Below are positions 49,187 to 62,727 of a stretch of 64,000 nucleotides of DNA, in pieces. The stretch covers positions 8,494,001 through 8,558,000 of the forward strand of contig CP110439.1 of NCBI GenBank assembly GCA_026914245.1, given 5' to 3'. Position 1 is the stretch's first letter. Every line of letters begins with the position of its first letter. The notes below the pieces were generated by a model, which saw only the letters and a list, made by a program, of their open reading frames with translations, was not told where the DNA came from and searched no databases. This DNA is from Puccinia triticina. Lineage: Eukaryota. A program made the translations under genes and the position numbers.

Positions 49187-50355
49187 TGATCACTACCGGC
49201 CCACTAGCTCGCGTTTCAGGTTCGTTGTCTTCACCTACATGCCACCTGACCCCATGAACACCCTGCTAACTCACATCTTTCCTTCTGTAGTTTTAGGCAC
49301 TTTTCTTGACCACTTTCCTCTTTTCTCTGACCATTATCTCATAATTGCATGTTAATTCATAACCTTATGTGCGATCACAGCCGGCTGTAAACTTATTGAC
49401 TTAGCTTGACGAGAAATTACATGATAACGCTTCAACCATCTTTTACTGGCCTTGCCTTGCCATCAGCTTTACCCAAACTTGATTCACATTCGACTGAGTG
49501 TCGTGCAAGCTGGTCATCGCAGCACTCCCTCTAAACTGCTACCGTCCCCAGAGCGCCGTGTTTAAGGTTCTGAATTTGAGGTGCGAAATGGTGGTTGAAT
49601 GAGCAGGATATGCCAGCAAGTCCTGCTTGCCAATTGCTGAAGAACTCCTGTAATCGCAAATCTGCGAGAAGCTGACTACCCCGGGCAGCGCTTAGGCTTT
49701 TTGAGTTCCTACTGACGTGTCAGCTGCCCTCCCAGCCCGTTTCAATTACCGTCGCTTAACTTTACTTAATGTCTTTTTTACCCGGGAAAAAGCACACTCT
49801 AGGCTTTCATCATTACTTTCTCTTTCTTGAATTATCTTCAGTTGTTTGTCTAAGAATAGCTTGCTTGCCATCCATTTTTCCGATGTGTACTCACTTGCAT
49901 GATCGAGTGACTTGGTTTGGGCCGTTGGAAGCGTCGAGTGCCTTCCAGAGCCAAGTGTTCTGACACCGCAAAGTCAGATGGTCTTTCGTGTTTGATTTAG
50001 TTCGGAGGTACTGAAACAGTAAAAAGAAGACCGCCGCCGCCGCTACTCGGCTTCAAGAAAAGCAATTGGCCGTTGCGCTGATCAAGCGACGCTTCTTTTT
50101 CTTGTTTTTTTCCAGGGCTGTGGAGCAGGTCCGGTATCTCTCGAGATGTGTGCACTCACTGCTGATTGTCGTTTTCGATGTGGTTTTGGCGCCAACCATG
50201 GATGAAAGAGGGGGCTGCACCGTCCATCGATCCGGGGTTCCTTGGGGGGGGGGGGGGGGGGCAGGGTGGATCCCCCGCTTCCCCCGGTTGCTGTGTAGGG
50301 TAGCTGTGTTCGGGTGGCTTCTCCGGCGATTACTTCTGGCCATCCATCCACTCCA

Positions 50356-50468
50356 ATGTCGAGAGCCAGGACGCGCCCAGCCCAGCCACGCCCAGCCAGA
50401 ACCAGCACCGAAAGCGGCAGGACGAGCCCAGAAGCACCCCATCCCAACCAGCTCGCCTCTTCCCCACG

Positions 50469-50510
<42 letters not shown>

Positions 50511-51093
50511 CCAGCTAACAGCAACATCCTCAGAAAAGAACGCAAGAAAACGCAAGCAGGATAACCAGAAACTTCAGAAGCGACTGCCCAACAACCTCCT
50601 GCCCTTCCAGTCCACCCCCAAGCGACAGAAAACCGAGCCCATCAGGCCATCATCCACCATTCGTCCCTCAAACCTACCCGCTCGATCAGCACCGATACCC
50701 ACCACCACCACCCCAGGGGGCTTCTTCTTCACCACCCAACGCTTCGAGACCCCGGGAAAGGGCGACTCCTCTACCAGCACCATCGCCAATGGCGACCCCC
50801 CCTCCTCTGGAAGCTCCAAGGGAAAGGAGAAGGAGACGCGTCAGAGATCCTCCTCTACCCAGAAAACCCGCACACGTCCCCGCCATGGCCACCACGATCT
50901 CAGCTCCTCAGACGACGACCACCAGCAGATCCCGAATCACAGACAGCCATCCTCATCCTCACAGCCTCACACCCCCAGACACCCACGGAATCCGCACATC
51001 TACGGACGACAGGAACAGCAGGCAGACGCCGAAATGTCCCTGGTGATGGCCGAGGTAAGTCTATATCTCCTTACTCTCTCTTTACATATATAT

Positions 51094-51135
<42 letters not shown>

Positions 51136-52713
51136 ACGCGCACATATTTTTAAAGATACCAAAAAACGAAAACAAAATCCTTCGGTTTTCTTTACCTTCT
51201 CCGAATTGGCTTAGACACCTATGCATCATAAAAACAGACAGTTCAGACGGGGAGGAGCTGGTGGGCAGTCTGGGAAGACGAAGGACGACCAGGCCGAGCT
51301 GGGCCACGGGCCCGTTACTCAGCTCTCATCCCAATCGCTTCAGGCGCTTGACCCCGGTCAGGGAAACGTCAGACGAGGCAGTCGCGCAAGCAGTATCGGA
51401 AGTGGACACGAAGGTACTTTGCAATATCTCTAGTTGTGTCCATCTGCTACCTTCTACCATTCCTTAATCTCTCTCTCTTTTTTGTGTAGCTTTACCGCAT
51501 CCCCGAATACCACCCTCGATGCTATGCAGACACATCCGCACCGATCTCCCGCCGAGTATGAGGTGTCGGACGCTGCTCTCATGGTGCAGCCAGAAGGCCG
51601 AACACGTGACGTACACGATGCTCAATCCGAGTTTCAAGCCGACGCGATACATTGCGGCAGATCTGCCGAAGCCGCTCGCCCGGACGCTGAGCCAGCTGGC
51701 GCCGCTCGAGACAGGGCCCCGGTCGAAGCTGCTGGCCAGGGTGGCCAAGTCGGCGCTCAAGAACTTCATCCAGGGCATCTGTGAGAACCAGGTGGAGATC
51801 AGCTGGGGGATCCCGATCGACTCCGACGAGGACCACGAGGTCTCCGTCGAGAACCTCTCCATACGCGATCTCCAAGCGCTACCCCCTCATCCCCAAGACC
51901 TTAAAAACGAACGCAAGATCGAAGAGCTGAACACGTGGAGAGTCCGGTCAGTTCCTGATCCCCCTTTCATCATCCGCCCAAATCCGTATTTATGATCTCC
52001 TTTAAAAATATAGAACTTCATATGAAGATCATGCGCGACAGTATCAACTGAATCGATATGGAAGATTGATCGAGCGGATGACGGGGACAAGCGAGCCGAC
52101 CACAGAAGATCTGCGGAGGTCGAACCGTTTCTATCGCGAGGATCAGAATGGCCAAGAAGATAATCGGAACGGTCAGGGGTGGAGGATCGATACCAAACTG
52201 TTGGCTGATCCGGCGGCGGTGCTCGAGTTCGGTCGGTTCTTGAGATCTCGCCCCCTTGCTCCCCCGAAATCGATCGACGTGCTTGATGAGCTGGGCATTG
52301 ATTGGGCGCAAATCACCTTAAACGTGAGTCGACATTTTCACTGTTTCTCCTAAAACCATTTCTACAAGGAAGGAGTGTGAGACTAATGGGAGCGGATGAA
52401 AACACGTCGACAGATTGAGATGATAAAGGAAGGGATGGATCGAGTGAAGAAGGAGCTAGTGGAGATCGAGAAGCAGATGAGCCGGCTCCAGATGAGCTCG
52501 ACGGCCAACCTGAAGCGGGTGTGTGGGGAAGGCGTGCTGAGCGGGCTGGAGGCGAAGATGCTGCTCTCGTCGAGGGTCGGCGTCCAGCTGTGTCTCAACA
52601 TGCTCTCGATCAACGAGCCCCCCTTCCAGCGCGTGCTCATCCCCGACGCAGGCCCGCCTATCGGCAAACGCGACCTCCTCCGCACTCTCAGTCGGGCTTC
52701 CCATCTTCCTTGA
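50356..52713 (+). CDS. Kinetochore Mis12-complex subunit Dsn1/Mis13-like protein
   Basis: Long disordered N-terminus with poly-Asn, then RRGSRASSIGSG followed by HP...LCRHIRTDLPPSMRCRTLLSWCSQKA, matching the recalled fungal Mis13 core pattern. Multi-exon. Confidence 0.7.
50469..50510 (+). repeat. (AAC)n microsatellite, coding poly-Asn
   Basis: About 14 AAC units. Confidence 0.95.
51087..51129. repeat. (TA)n microsatellite in an intron
   Basis: Direct reading. Confidence 0.95.
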
Positions 52714-53581
52714 CACCCCCCGCCACCTCCTCCTTTCTCTCTCTTTCTCTGTCTGGACCCTGCGCCGTTGCTTCTTTCTGTCCATCTAATCCGTCTCTGT
52801 CTCTCCTTCCCCCGTCTTCCGCATCTGTTCTGTCCCCCGTGAACTGTTTGTGACCTGGAAACCTTAAAAGACCTCCCCCGATTTGTACTTCGTCGGCTTG
52901 TTTAATATCATCATCCGTTTGCCCACCAATCAATCCACACATATCCTTTCTTCTATCCTTTTCCTTCACACCCTTCTTACAACAACTCGTCCAGTCAAGG
53001 TAAGCAAGCGTGCCATCCATCTGTATCTCTTTGATCCATCCCAAATTAAAGGATTTTTTTTTCTTCTTCTTCACAACATACATACGCACTAGTACATATA
53101 GTTAGTTAGTCGTAGTGATAGTAGTTGATAGCAGGTGATGATGGCGACATTCTAACCAACCTTGAAAACAAAAACAACCGCAGTAATGTATCTATGATAT
53201 TGGTGTGTGTCAGTGTACAGCGGATCCCCACTCCATATGTTGCCCCTCTTTTCTTGTTTTCCGTTCCTTGTGCTTTTTATCTCTTCAAGAGAGACATGTG
53301 CATCTCTCTCTGTTTCCTGCTTCCTTTCTTTATACCTTTTCTTGACCCTTGATCTCTCTACACTCATGTTTCTCTATCACACACACACACAGCTTCTGTT
53401 TCCAATAATAATCAACTATGACAAGTTTCTTCCTCTTAACTTCTATTCAATTTCTAAACAATCAGAAATTAATCAAAATATCATTTGAATTTATGTATCT
53501 CTATGTGTCTAAATTTGCTCAGATAAAGAAAGCCAACGCAAGGGCAGACTCAGTTGCCCGTATCAGCTCAGAATCCAGTTA

Positions 53582-53761
53582 TAGTGTTCAAAGTAGGTTT
53601 GCATAATTTGATCATGCATGCATAAATCATAAAATCATAAGATCATTCTTGCAAGTGATATGGCTGTCTGATTATGTAATACAAAATTTCCTCACCAAAA
53701 TATTTTTATGATTTTATGATTTATGCATGCATAAAATTATGCAAACCAACTTTGAACACCA
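53582..53761. mobile_element. PIF/Harbinger-like MITE; a related, more decayed copy lies at ~44548-44825
   Basis: TIR GTGTTCAAAGT(A/T)GGTTTGCATAATTT, flanks TTA / TAA, ATCATAAA internal repeats. Confidence 0.8.
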
Positions 53762-54271
53762 TAAATGCTCACAATGGTAAGGTGGCAGGTCAAACAAACG
53801 TGACAGAGAGTAGGGGTTTGACTAATTCTACTTTGGGCAAGTTTTAGCTGGCTTTCATGCATTCCAGATATCCATCCACGTTCATTTCCACATGTCATCT
53901 GACATCATAGTTGTAAAGTTTCAGCCTTTGAGTAAGTTCAAGCTGCCAACCCGGGGCTTGATGTCCTAAAACAGGAAGGTTGATGATGTGAGAAATGCAA
54001 ACCCATAGGTTTTGAGCAGTGATGTGTTGATTTAGAACCAGCAATCTTAAAGCAGTGATTTGTTGATGTAACTTTGAGATGAGGAAAATCACTACAAGAA
54101 AAAGTTTTGGAACTGCTGTCAGTTGAAATCTGAGATTCTCCAGGATAATGGCCATTATTGAAGCTTTGTTGAAGTAACATATGAAAAAGGGTCAGCTAAA
54201 CACCACCTGCTCCCTTTGAGTTTGCACATGTCAGCTGATGGTAGTTACACAGCTTTTTCTTGTAGTGAATA

Positions 54272-54507
54272 GGGGGGGGGGGGGTTCACATTGACCAAAA
54301 TTGACTGCTTAGGCAGTCTGCTCATGCACCTTTCAGTACAATTGATGCAATGTAAATCACTTCCAAAGGCAAGCATCCCACCAAAACCTTGCTGCTTTCT
54401 CAGGATAAGCAAAAGGTGCAGGTGATGGTATTGAAAAAAAAAATCCTTGCATGAGCAGTCCGTGAACCCCCCTGTAAATCCTTGCATGAGCAGTACGTGA
54501 ACCCCCC
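54272..54507. mobile_element. PIF/Harbinger-like MITE with a duplicated right end
   Basis: GGGGGGTTCAC...GTGAACCCCCC-TAA. AAATCCTTGCATGAGCAGT(C/A)CGTGAACCCCC occurs twice in tandem. Confidence 0.6.
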
Positions 54508-54631
54508 TAATGTTATCCTGTCTTGGATTTTGAAGAGCGTAGAAACAAGAAAGGTAAATATGTACAAACTACAAAGAGAGGGATTGAGGAACTCTGATAT
54601 AAGCATACTACAATTAAAGATGACTAATAAA

Positions 54632-54855
54632 CAAACTTTACTAAACCCCCCTGGGTGGAGGGGGGAGCCTTCCCACAGGGACCCTCCAAAAGAGGAGGGG
54701 CACTTTGCGCCAGCCAGGCTGTACCACTCACTCCAGGCCCTCAAAAGACGGCCTTAATAAAAGGCACCCCTTGATTCCCGCAGGTTTTCTGTACAAGGGG
54801 CGAGGGACTGGTGCTAAATTTGTTTCAATTCAAAGAGGGACTTGTGTTAAGTTAG
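54632..54855. mobile_element. Decayed AcademH-type non-autonomous element
   Basis: Right end GAGGGACTTGTGTTAAGTTAG matches the elements ending at 2910 and 12094. Left end degenerate. No clear TSD. Confidence 0.5.
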
Positions 54856-54894
54856 GGCAATGAACTAGATCAGTTTGCTCTGAGTGTAGGAGTA

Positions 54895-55099
54895 TTGGAG
54901 GACTTCCCGTTGAGTCTGGGAGCCTCCCAGATCTCAATTTACACACCCAAATTCTTAATTTTTGACAAAAAGGGAAATGTTTTCCTAGCCCTACAGTTCA
55001 TTACTTCCATGTGCACTGGTTGATTTTTTGATAGGTATCTTAATTTAGGATTTAGAGAGGCATCTAGAGCTCTCTAAATGATGACGGGAAGTCATCCAT
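54895..55099. mobile_element. Tc1/mariner-like MITE related to 44841-44990
   Basis: TGGAGGACTTCCCGT...ACGGGAAGTCATCCA with TA flanks. Confidence 0.75.
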
Positions 55100-56019
55100 T
55101 AAAGGTATGGACCCTATTTTTGCAAGCTCTATTTTCATCCTCCTTTATAGTTTTCCCTTTCTTATCTTGAAATATATTTATCTGAGATAAGCCACCCTGT
55201 GTTTCCTTTACAACTTTCTCATTTCATTTTAAATACATAGTTCCATCTGTTTCTATCACAAAGTTAAAGTTGGTCACAGCGCCTGCATCCATTGTAAGAC
55301 CCCGTTCCATCGACACCTGGGTTTGAGTTGAGACTCATCGATGAGTCAAAAATAATTAAGTTATAACAATTATTCATCAGATGTGTAGTCATTTGCTTCA
55401 TCTCCATGCCTGATAACATCGTCCAGCTAACTCACTGGCCCGCAAATGGTGAATCTAGTCCGTGTCTTGGTTGAGAGTCCATTTCGACCATTTCCCTAGT
55501 TACGACTTCCATCGACGGATCATGACCAACGCCCAGCCCAAAAGAAGGTTTGAAAGAGGCTGCTGCGACCTGCTGCGATTAGAGCTGAAGATGAAATCGA
55601 GTGAAGTGACAACTAAAGTTGAGTGTGCGGGACCTTATCTACCCTGTTTTTACGGGGGCGTTCTGCTGGGATCTTCTTTGTATTTTTTTTTTCAGTTAAT
55701 CACAAGTGTCCGAGTCAAATCGACGGTGTCCTAAGCCTCGAGTTATCTCAATTGAACCTTATCAACTCCCGCTTTGAGTCCAAAGACATGTGATTTGTGT
55801 CCCGGTTATCTAGGGTTGTCTGCTACAATTCCATGACTGAGTTTTGTGCTGTACTATGTACCCAATTTTTCACTTCCAAAGACGTTGCAAGTGAGTAAAT
55901 TAAAACCAGGATTCTTGTAAGGACACATACAAGACATAAATGCCTGCTGGGTTGCTGATCTGTTACCAACTGCATGCATTTTGTCCAGTCGTCACTTTGA
56001 TTCTTGTTTGCCCTGAAAA

Positions 56020-57182
56020 ATGTTTTCTCGCGTCATACTTGTGATCTTCTGGTCTTTCTTAGCTACTGTTGGCACCATGTACACTCCATTAATGGAAGAT
56101 GTTCCGGAAAAAACAAGTCATTCCTCTGCCGTGCTTGATGGTACATGGTATTATTCTTATTATTGCTCGTGGGAGCAATCAAATGACGTTGAAATTCATT
56201 TTGGCTGTTTGATGCTGATTACATCTTTGATATCCTGTTTATATGCTTCAGCTCTTCCATCCAGGCCGTCTTCTCAAAGATTCATTCAACATTCAGAAGA
56301 TCATGACGTTGTTCGAGGGAAAGATCCAAATTTAAATCTTACAGGAGACAAAAAGAAACAGTCAGAAAATAAATTTGATTTGGGAAAATCTGCCATAGGT
56401 TTTGCTTCAGCTGAGTCCCCAGCCCTTCAAGAAGGTTAGTCAATTCTACAAACCCCAAAGTATGTTGCACGCAGTTTGTAAAAGCGGGAGGCTTATGATC
56501 ATCATTTTTTAGGTACCAGTCAAAATGAGCTCTTGCAGCTTATCTCAAGTTTCCATTCATATGAAATCTGACAATCTTTTTCTGGTTTTCAAAACAAACA
56601 ACAATATGTTTTTAAATTCCAGAAAATTTGGCTGGGATGCTCAAAAAGGAATCAAAAAAGGTTGTGCAAAATTTTGCACTGGTGGAACAGGATCTTGTTG
56701 GTTTTATGAGACGTATATTTTCCAGGTATGAAGACCCAGGGAAATATATTAAAGATGTAAATGATATCCTGGAATTCATTACAAAATCCAAAAACAAAAT
56801 ATATACTTTTCAAAAATTAAAGCTACTCCAAATTGGGGACACTGATACAAAAGGTTCAAACTTCAAACTAATGGTAGAACTCTTGGAAGGCAAGAAATTC
56901 AATGTCAATGTACCAGAAAACATCAGTCCTGAGGATGATTTATTAATTGGGAGATATTTATTTAAAAATGCCGGAAAACTGTATGCAAATGAACTGAAGA
57001 AAAAGATTATTGAGTACAGTATGAAGTTTCCTAACTTGGGATTTGAAAAAGAATTCCCAATCAAGAACATGTTTTCTTGCGTGTTAAAAACAATTGATTT
57101 CTTGTTTAATAATGGTTTTATAGATCAGGAAACTTTAAGAAAAATAATTCAAGAAACAATGAATCACTACCGGGTTATCTAG
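56020..57182 (+). pseudogene. Decayed secreted-protein gene (lineage-specific)
   Basis: Signal-like MFSRVILVIFWSFLATVG, probable intron ~56141-56250, stop at 56439, then a 184-aa Lys/Glu/Ile-rich frame. Confidence 0.5.
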
Positions 57183-57498
57183 CTTTCAAAAACTTCCTTG
57201 TACCAAAAAAGGCCTAGTTTGCTAGTGTAACAGATAGGCTGAAGTCTGTTGAAAAAAAAGAAGTCACAATAAATGGATTCAAGCCTTTATGAATGATTTT
57301 TGGTTCCTTGACTATTTTTTCTCTTCCTTGTTTCATTTTCAAGCATAATTGTTTTGACATGTATGTACTCAGTAGTTCTTGACTGCAACTATGTTTGAAA
57401 ACCTGTTGCAGGAGATTTTGTAGTTAGTATTTATACATGAATTTATCCTGTAATAGAATCATGCATGCTTGCAAGCTCTCCTCACACCACAACAATAA

Positions 57499-57707
57499 GG
57501 GGATTCAAAGTTGGCCATGCAAAACTTGCATTTAATTTTGCAAGTTGGTGTTCAAGGCTTTTAATGAACAAAAAACTTTCAAACAGGCTGGGGGGTGTAG
57601 TGCAATGTGACTTGCATGCAATTTTGCAACTCGGTGTTCAAGAATGAACTTGAACACAGACTTGCAAAAGTGCATGCAAGTTGCACCTGGCCACCTTTGA
57701 AACCCCC
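57499..57707. mobile_element. PIF/Harbinger-like MITE
   Basis: GGGGATTCAAAGTTGGCCA / TGGCCACCTTTGAAACCCCC with TAA on both sides. Confidence 0.8.
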
Positions 57708-57844
57708 TAATAATTACTGTTGTAGTTCCACTCAATGACATAAAAGTGTTTTTTAACAACCACTTTGGATGTAAACCATGACTGTGCATTGATGTTCAGC
57801 TAAAAAACCATTGATTCAGAGCTGAGCTCCCACATATCAACCGG

Positions 57845-58781
57845 TGTGGTAGACGGAAAAGTGGAAAAATAAAAAGTTTTTTCTATGCCACATAATTACT
57901 CATACTAGGCCTCAAGATACCATCAAATGGACCCCAGAAATGGATTCTACGGCCAATTTCACCCCTAGCCATCACTGGAAGCACCCCTGGACCCCCTCTA
58001 GTGTGGAAGTTACACCTCATGGACACATATCACACGGCCAGCCCCAGTAACCCAGCTGTCATCTGCCCCAACCCGAGTTTCACAGTAGTACACTTATACA
58101 TATCACAGGATACAAACATACATCTCCCTGTCAGGCTACACTCATTACATATTAACTACATACACTCCTTTATATACATAGTATGACATCATTTACACTG
58201 TTTCTGCAGCCTCAGACTTTGTGTATACACTAATTCCCCCTGTATGACAGCTCATGCAGTCTACTGTTACCTCATGCATGCATTAGAATGTTCTGTTGTA
58301 TATTCTGACACCATTCATGTGCCCCTGAGGGGTTATGACATCATTTGTATCTACTCCCACCAGCTAAAATCCCTCACCCTGTTGTCTAGATTAGCTGAAA
58401 CCCTAACCCACAAGCCCCTCAGGGGCTCCCCTTTTGTCTATAAAAGGAGCTCTCTCCACCCCCAGTGGCCTGCTCCCCAGTTCCTCACCCAGAACTCACA
58501 AGTCACCCAACACTCATCCACACTCAAATCCTAAAACCCTTATAACAATAAATCAACCCTTATAACAACATTTCAACCCTTATAACAAAGTAATTGAAAC
58601 ACTTACACGTTGCCAGTCAAACAGATTTCATCTGGAACAGACCAGACCTATCACTTAATAAAACTTGCCAAGCTGAGCTTGGTGGGTCTTGTTGACTGAT
58701 AACAGAAGGGCAGAGCTTGCAACTCCATCATACCCTTCACCATTCAGCAAAAGGGTTTCATTACCACTTTTGAGTCTTACA
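57845..58781 (+). mobile_element. Solo LTR, same family as 27338-28406
   Basis: TGTGGT...GAGTCTTACA ends, 4-bp TSD CCGG, shared blocks GCCTCAAGATAC, CAGAAATGGA, GGCAGAGCTTGCA and CCATTCAGCAAAAGGGT. Confidence 0.85.
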
Positions 58782-59363
58782 CCGGTGGCAGTTGGGGGCT
58801 TTTACCTATCAGTGATACCCATTTTAATCAAGCAGTTTTACACAATGCAAATGAATCATCATTTTCCTATTATACCAGCAAAATAAATACTTGAGCTCTA
58901 ATTCAGTCAGGATATTTATGCTTTCTTTTATACTCAGCCCATCCTGTGTTTACCACCTGGTAAAAACTGTGATAGGTCTTTCAAAGCTTTTGAAATAAGC
59001 ACATGGGTAAACTTGCCATTAATATCTGGGGGACATGCAGATTTTTTTCAGAGATTTGGGAGCTTTATTTCCCACCAAAAATCAATAATTTGTGTCTCTT
59101 GGTTGACATGATGGAAAGCTGTCAATTAATCACTAACTCAATGTGGTGGAGCACCACTGCAGCTACCTCTTTCTGTTGAAATTTTCCCTGTGCTTAATAT
59201 TCTTACTGGTAAAAAATGATTTTGGTCTGGTTTATACAGATTTTTCTTTTGATTGTGTATGGTTTCATGAATTTTAAAATGAGAAGAATCTACTGCTCTA
59301 ATTATACGCAAATAGGGAAACTGTGGCTGCGCTGTGGAACAAACAGAGGCAATATCTCTCTAC

Positions 59364-59393
59364 TAGGAGTGTGCAAAAGCACACTCCGTTCTA
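59364..59393. repeat. Single dispersed copy of the 28-bp array hairpin
   Basis: TAGGAGTGTGCAAAAGCACACTCCGTTCTA. Confidence 0.9.
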
Positions 59394-60936
59394 AGAGTTT
59401 GCCAAGCTACATGGCCAATAGATGTTTTTCACCAGACAACTGTTTACTTGTATAGCTGGCAAGCAGATTGTGGCCATGGTGGAAGTAACAAACTTCTTGA
59501 ACACACCACCACTGGAATTTGTTTCATTATCTATCATGGGTCCCGTTGTTGAGGGTAAGCTAGGCATTGGTGTGATGTAATACCATCAGTCCAGATTGTA
59601 GTGGACTTCCCAAGCATAGATGTTTTTGTTGTTGAATGGAGAGAAACATACTGAGTGTATCTCAATTTATCCTCTGTCTGTATCAAAATTTGTCCTTGTG
59701 CTTAGGGCTCAGCTTTTCTTCTTATAATTTCAGAGGAAATCTGGGAATTTCATGGAGCACAGATAAAAACTCATTCTTTGTTTTATGCACTAGGTTGATT
59801 GAAAGTTGAAGCGCAAAGACCTGCACTGATATACTGTCTGCATGTGTCTTCTTTTTGTGTACCCAATCCTCTCAGGTGATTTCTGCTTGGTGAGTGGATG
59901 AAACTGGCCCTACTTTTGTACCAGTTATCCATCCGGATTTTCTAGGCAATCCCGCAAGTTGTTAAAACTGCCTGAAAGCTACCCAAACCTGATATATCCT
60001 CTTGGAGCTCTAAATGAGAGCCCCAAAATGGCAGGGTGATGGGCCCAATAAAGATTGAGGTAACCCAACTGGCTGCGGAGGTCTCCTGCTTGGCAAGCAA
60101 GTTGGGTAGTTGGCACCAAATTGGAACCCAGTACATGCCCAGCCAAATTCAATCTTTAACACATGGCTTGCATGAATTTTGTGCCAAATTGGCGCAGACA
60201 GCCCCCAAAAGCAGGTACAAGTGTCATGCTTTGCACCCCAGCAACAAGACCAGTAAAGCTTGGGGGATACTCCAGCTCAGCAGGGCATTTCCTGCTGGGT
60301 GAGCCCATACAATTTTCATGCTTTGCTATGGAAAAGCACCCGGTGAAGCTTGAGGTATATTTACCAAATGACCAGGGATGATCTCCAAGCCAGCACCAGC
60401 TTGTGCCAACTTGCCAAGAAGACCTTCTAAATTGCCTGGATTGGTTGTCTCTACATCCAATCCAGTGATGTGTTTGGTAGTTTGGTTTCAAAATTCTGGA
60501 TCTGACCAGATTACAAGTGGGTTGCCTGGAATACAGGCTGCAATTGTGGCTTTATGTTTTTGCACTTGGTGGCTCAATTTTGGCGGACCAGGTCCACTGT
60601 AAATAGATCTGTGTTGGACGTGGAATGTGGGTGTGTGAGCAGTGCATGTTTTAGGATGAGATTTCCAAATTAGGAAAACTTGCTGTTTTGAATTGATGGT
60701 AGGATTGAGTGGTGGACTGGGTTGGGTTTTTTGCAGAGAAGCAGAAAAATGAGAATTAGAATGTGAAAGAGGAGGGATAAAATCAATACAGTTTGAGTTT
60801 TGACAAAGAAAAGTGGGAAGAGGGATGGTACACCTTCATGTGTGCAGAAGACAAAGGAAGTCTGGGAGACAATTAGAACAGGAGAGACAAAAAGTGAAGG
60901 TACTGGGAGAGATGAGCTTTTGGGATGAGGGGAAGA

Positions 60937-61824
60937 CTGACTTAACTAAGCCTCCTGGGACTGGGGGTGCAGAGCACCCCAATGTGAAGCATCTCCCATT
61001 CCCAATGGGAGGCTTATGAGTGCATTTTTCTGTGTGAGAGCTTTGGCAAATTGCGGCTTGTGGCCAACTTTTCAAATCAAAGTGACATTACACTACGTGC
61101 ACTCATTTTGAGACAGAAAGCTTAAGTGCAGAGGATAGCTGGGCATCTCAGCTTCATTGTACTCCGCAAATCATAGAAGGTACACCAGAGGGGAAGTCTT
61201 GCCCTTGCCCAGTAGTTGAGGTGTGTAGAGGATAGAATTCTGTATTGTTAGCCTGATTTCAAAATCAGTCTACAAACCTTGCTAAAAATTTGATGGCTGC
61301 TCATGCAGCTCAATTCAAGGATACTCTGGAAAATACATAGAGTTCTCAGAAAGACCTCACCTGTAAAGGCCTTGCTGAAGGGAATGCTTATGCAGTATTT
61401 TTTTCAAGTTTATGCAGGAAGTGTGCATGAGATTTCAAACCATCCGTGAAAAGCAGTTGAAATCAGGCTAACATGAACGTATTAAATCCACATGGAACTT
61501 TGGGGAATTTACATACACAGTTCTGGCCACACCCAAAAAAGAGAAAGTTTGAAAGGGAAAAGGGAGGACAGTGTGAGGTGGGAAAATGCTCTGATTGGCA
61601 CCACAAGGAAGAGAAATTTCAGGCCTTTCATCTGGTACCACAGGTGTGAAGTATTTGTCAGGGGAAGACACCGGAAAGGGGGACGGGAAAACAAGAAGCC
61701 TTCACGCCAAAACTTTGCGATTACCTGCGAGTCCCTCCTTCGGAGGTCGCGCTTCGCGCGAGGGCGCTTCGCGCCAGCCCAGGCCACCAGGGCCCTCTGA
61801 AGCCAGGGACTTGTGATAAGTCAG
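60937..61824. mobile_element. Probable AcademH-type non-autonomous element
   Basis: Ends CTGACTTAACTAAG... and ...CTTGTGATAAGTCAG with terminal stem-loops. Flanks AGGGGAAGA / AGAGGAAGA (the latter overlaps the TIR by 2 nt). Confidence 0.55.
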
Positions 61825-61973
61825 AGGAAGAGTATAAATAGAGCACGTCGGAGAGAAGGGGGGGGTTCAAGGCGCCCGAGTTTCAGACTCATTATGGTAG
61901 CCTTGAGTGGGGGAAATGCTGCATCTTGTTCCAAGAAGTGGAATATCTGTAGGAGATGTGCTTGAGCTAATAT

Positions 61974-62727
61974 TCAAGGAATTCTTTTGGGTGCATCAGG
62001 TGAAATGTCAGCAACTGAAGCTCCAAGTAACTGCCAATAGTCATCGCGTTTAAACCTTTCCAGGAGGGAAGATTCATCAGAAACCAATCCTACCAAGCCA
62101 AAAAAGTGCATGTCAGGATGCAAGGACATCATTGGAAGACGTACATATAGGCGCAATCGATTGCGTTTGGTTTGCCAGCCTTGATGTCAGCTCCTGCTTC
62201 GACCAACGCCTTGACCACCTCCGTCCACCCTTTGAATACCGCCCCAGATAAGGCAGATTGGCCGCGTTCGTTCAGTCGGTCTGGCTGGGCGCCCCGAGAG
62301 AGGAGGTAGCGCACAAGCTGGTCTCTTCCATGGTAGGCGGCAAGCATCAGCAGATTGTTCCCTTAAAGAAATCCAATGTGCAGTCGGTTCTGGTGAACGA
62401 TTTGAACCGTGCTATGAAAATAACATGCTCAGCGACTCACCTGATGCGTTGGTGAGTTCAACGGGCAGGCCAGCCTCGATTGCTGACGTTAACAAGCTGT
62501 ATACAAAATCAGATTAGTTGCCCATTAAAATTTCGCGCCCGATCAGATCAACCGTCAACGCAAAAACCAAGGCTGTGTCACAAGGAAGGCTCTAACGTAA
62601 TGTCGCCGGCCCTTGCGCCATCAAATATCCGTTCGGCAAATGCGAGGGTGTCCTCAGGTAAAGAGCTTGGGCAGGGATGCTGAATACTGTTATTCATTGG
62701 TGGGATGGCTGGTGACTTGGAGCTCAT
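61974..62727 (-). CDS. Small ankyrin-repeat protein
   Basis: LAFAERIFDGARAGD / EAGLPVELTNAS / GNNLLMLAAYHGRDQLVRYLLSRGAQPDRLNERGQSALSGAVFKGWTEVVKALVEAGAD / FKRDDYWQLLG. Several introns. Confidence 0.9.

Noticed and set aside
47145..49355. Overlapping and antisense ORFs over the Gly/Pro-rich gene
   Set aside because: Shadow frames of GC-rich repetitive coding sequence.
59940..60600. Possible decayed gene
   Set aside because: Fragmented frames with no recognisable motif.
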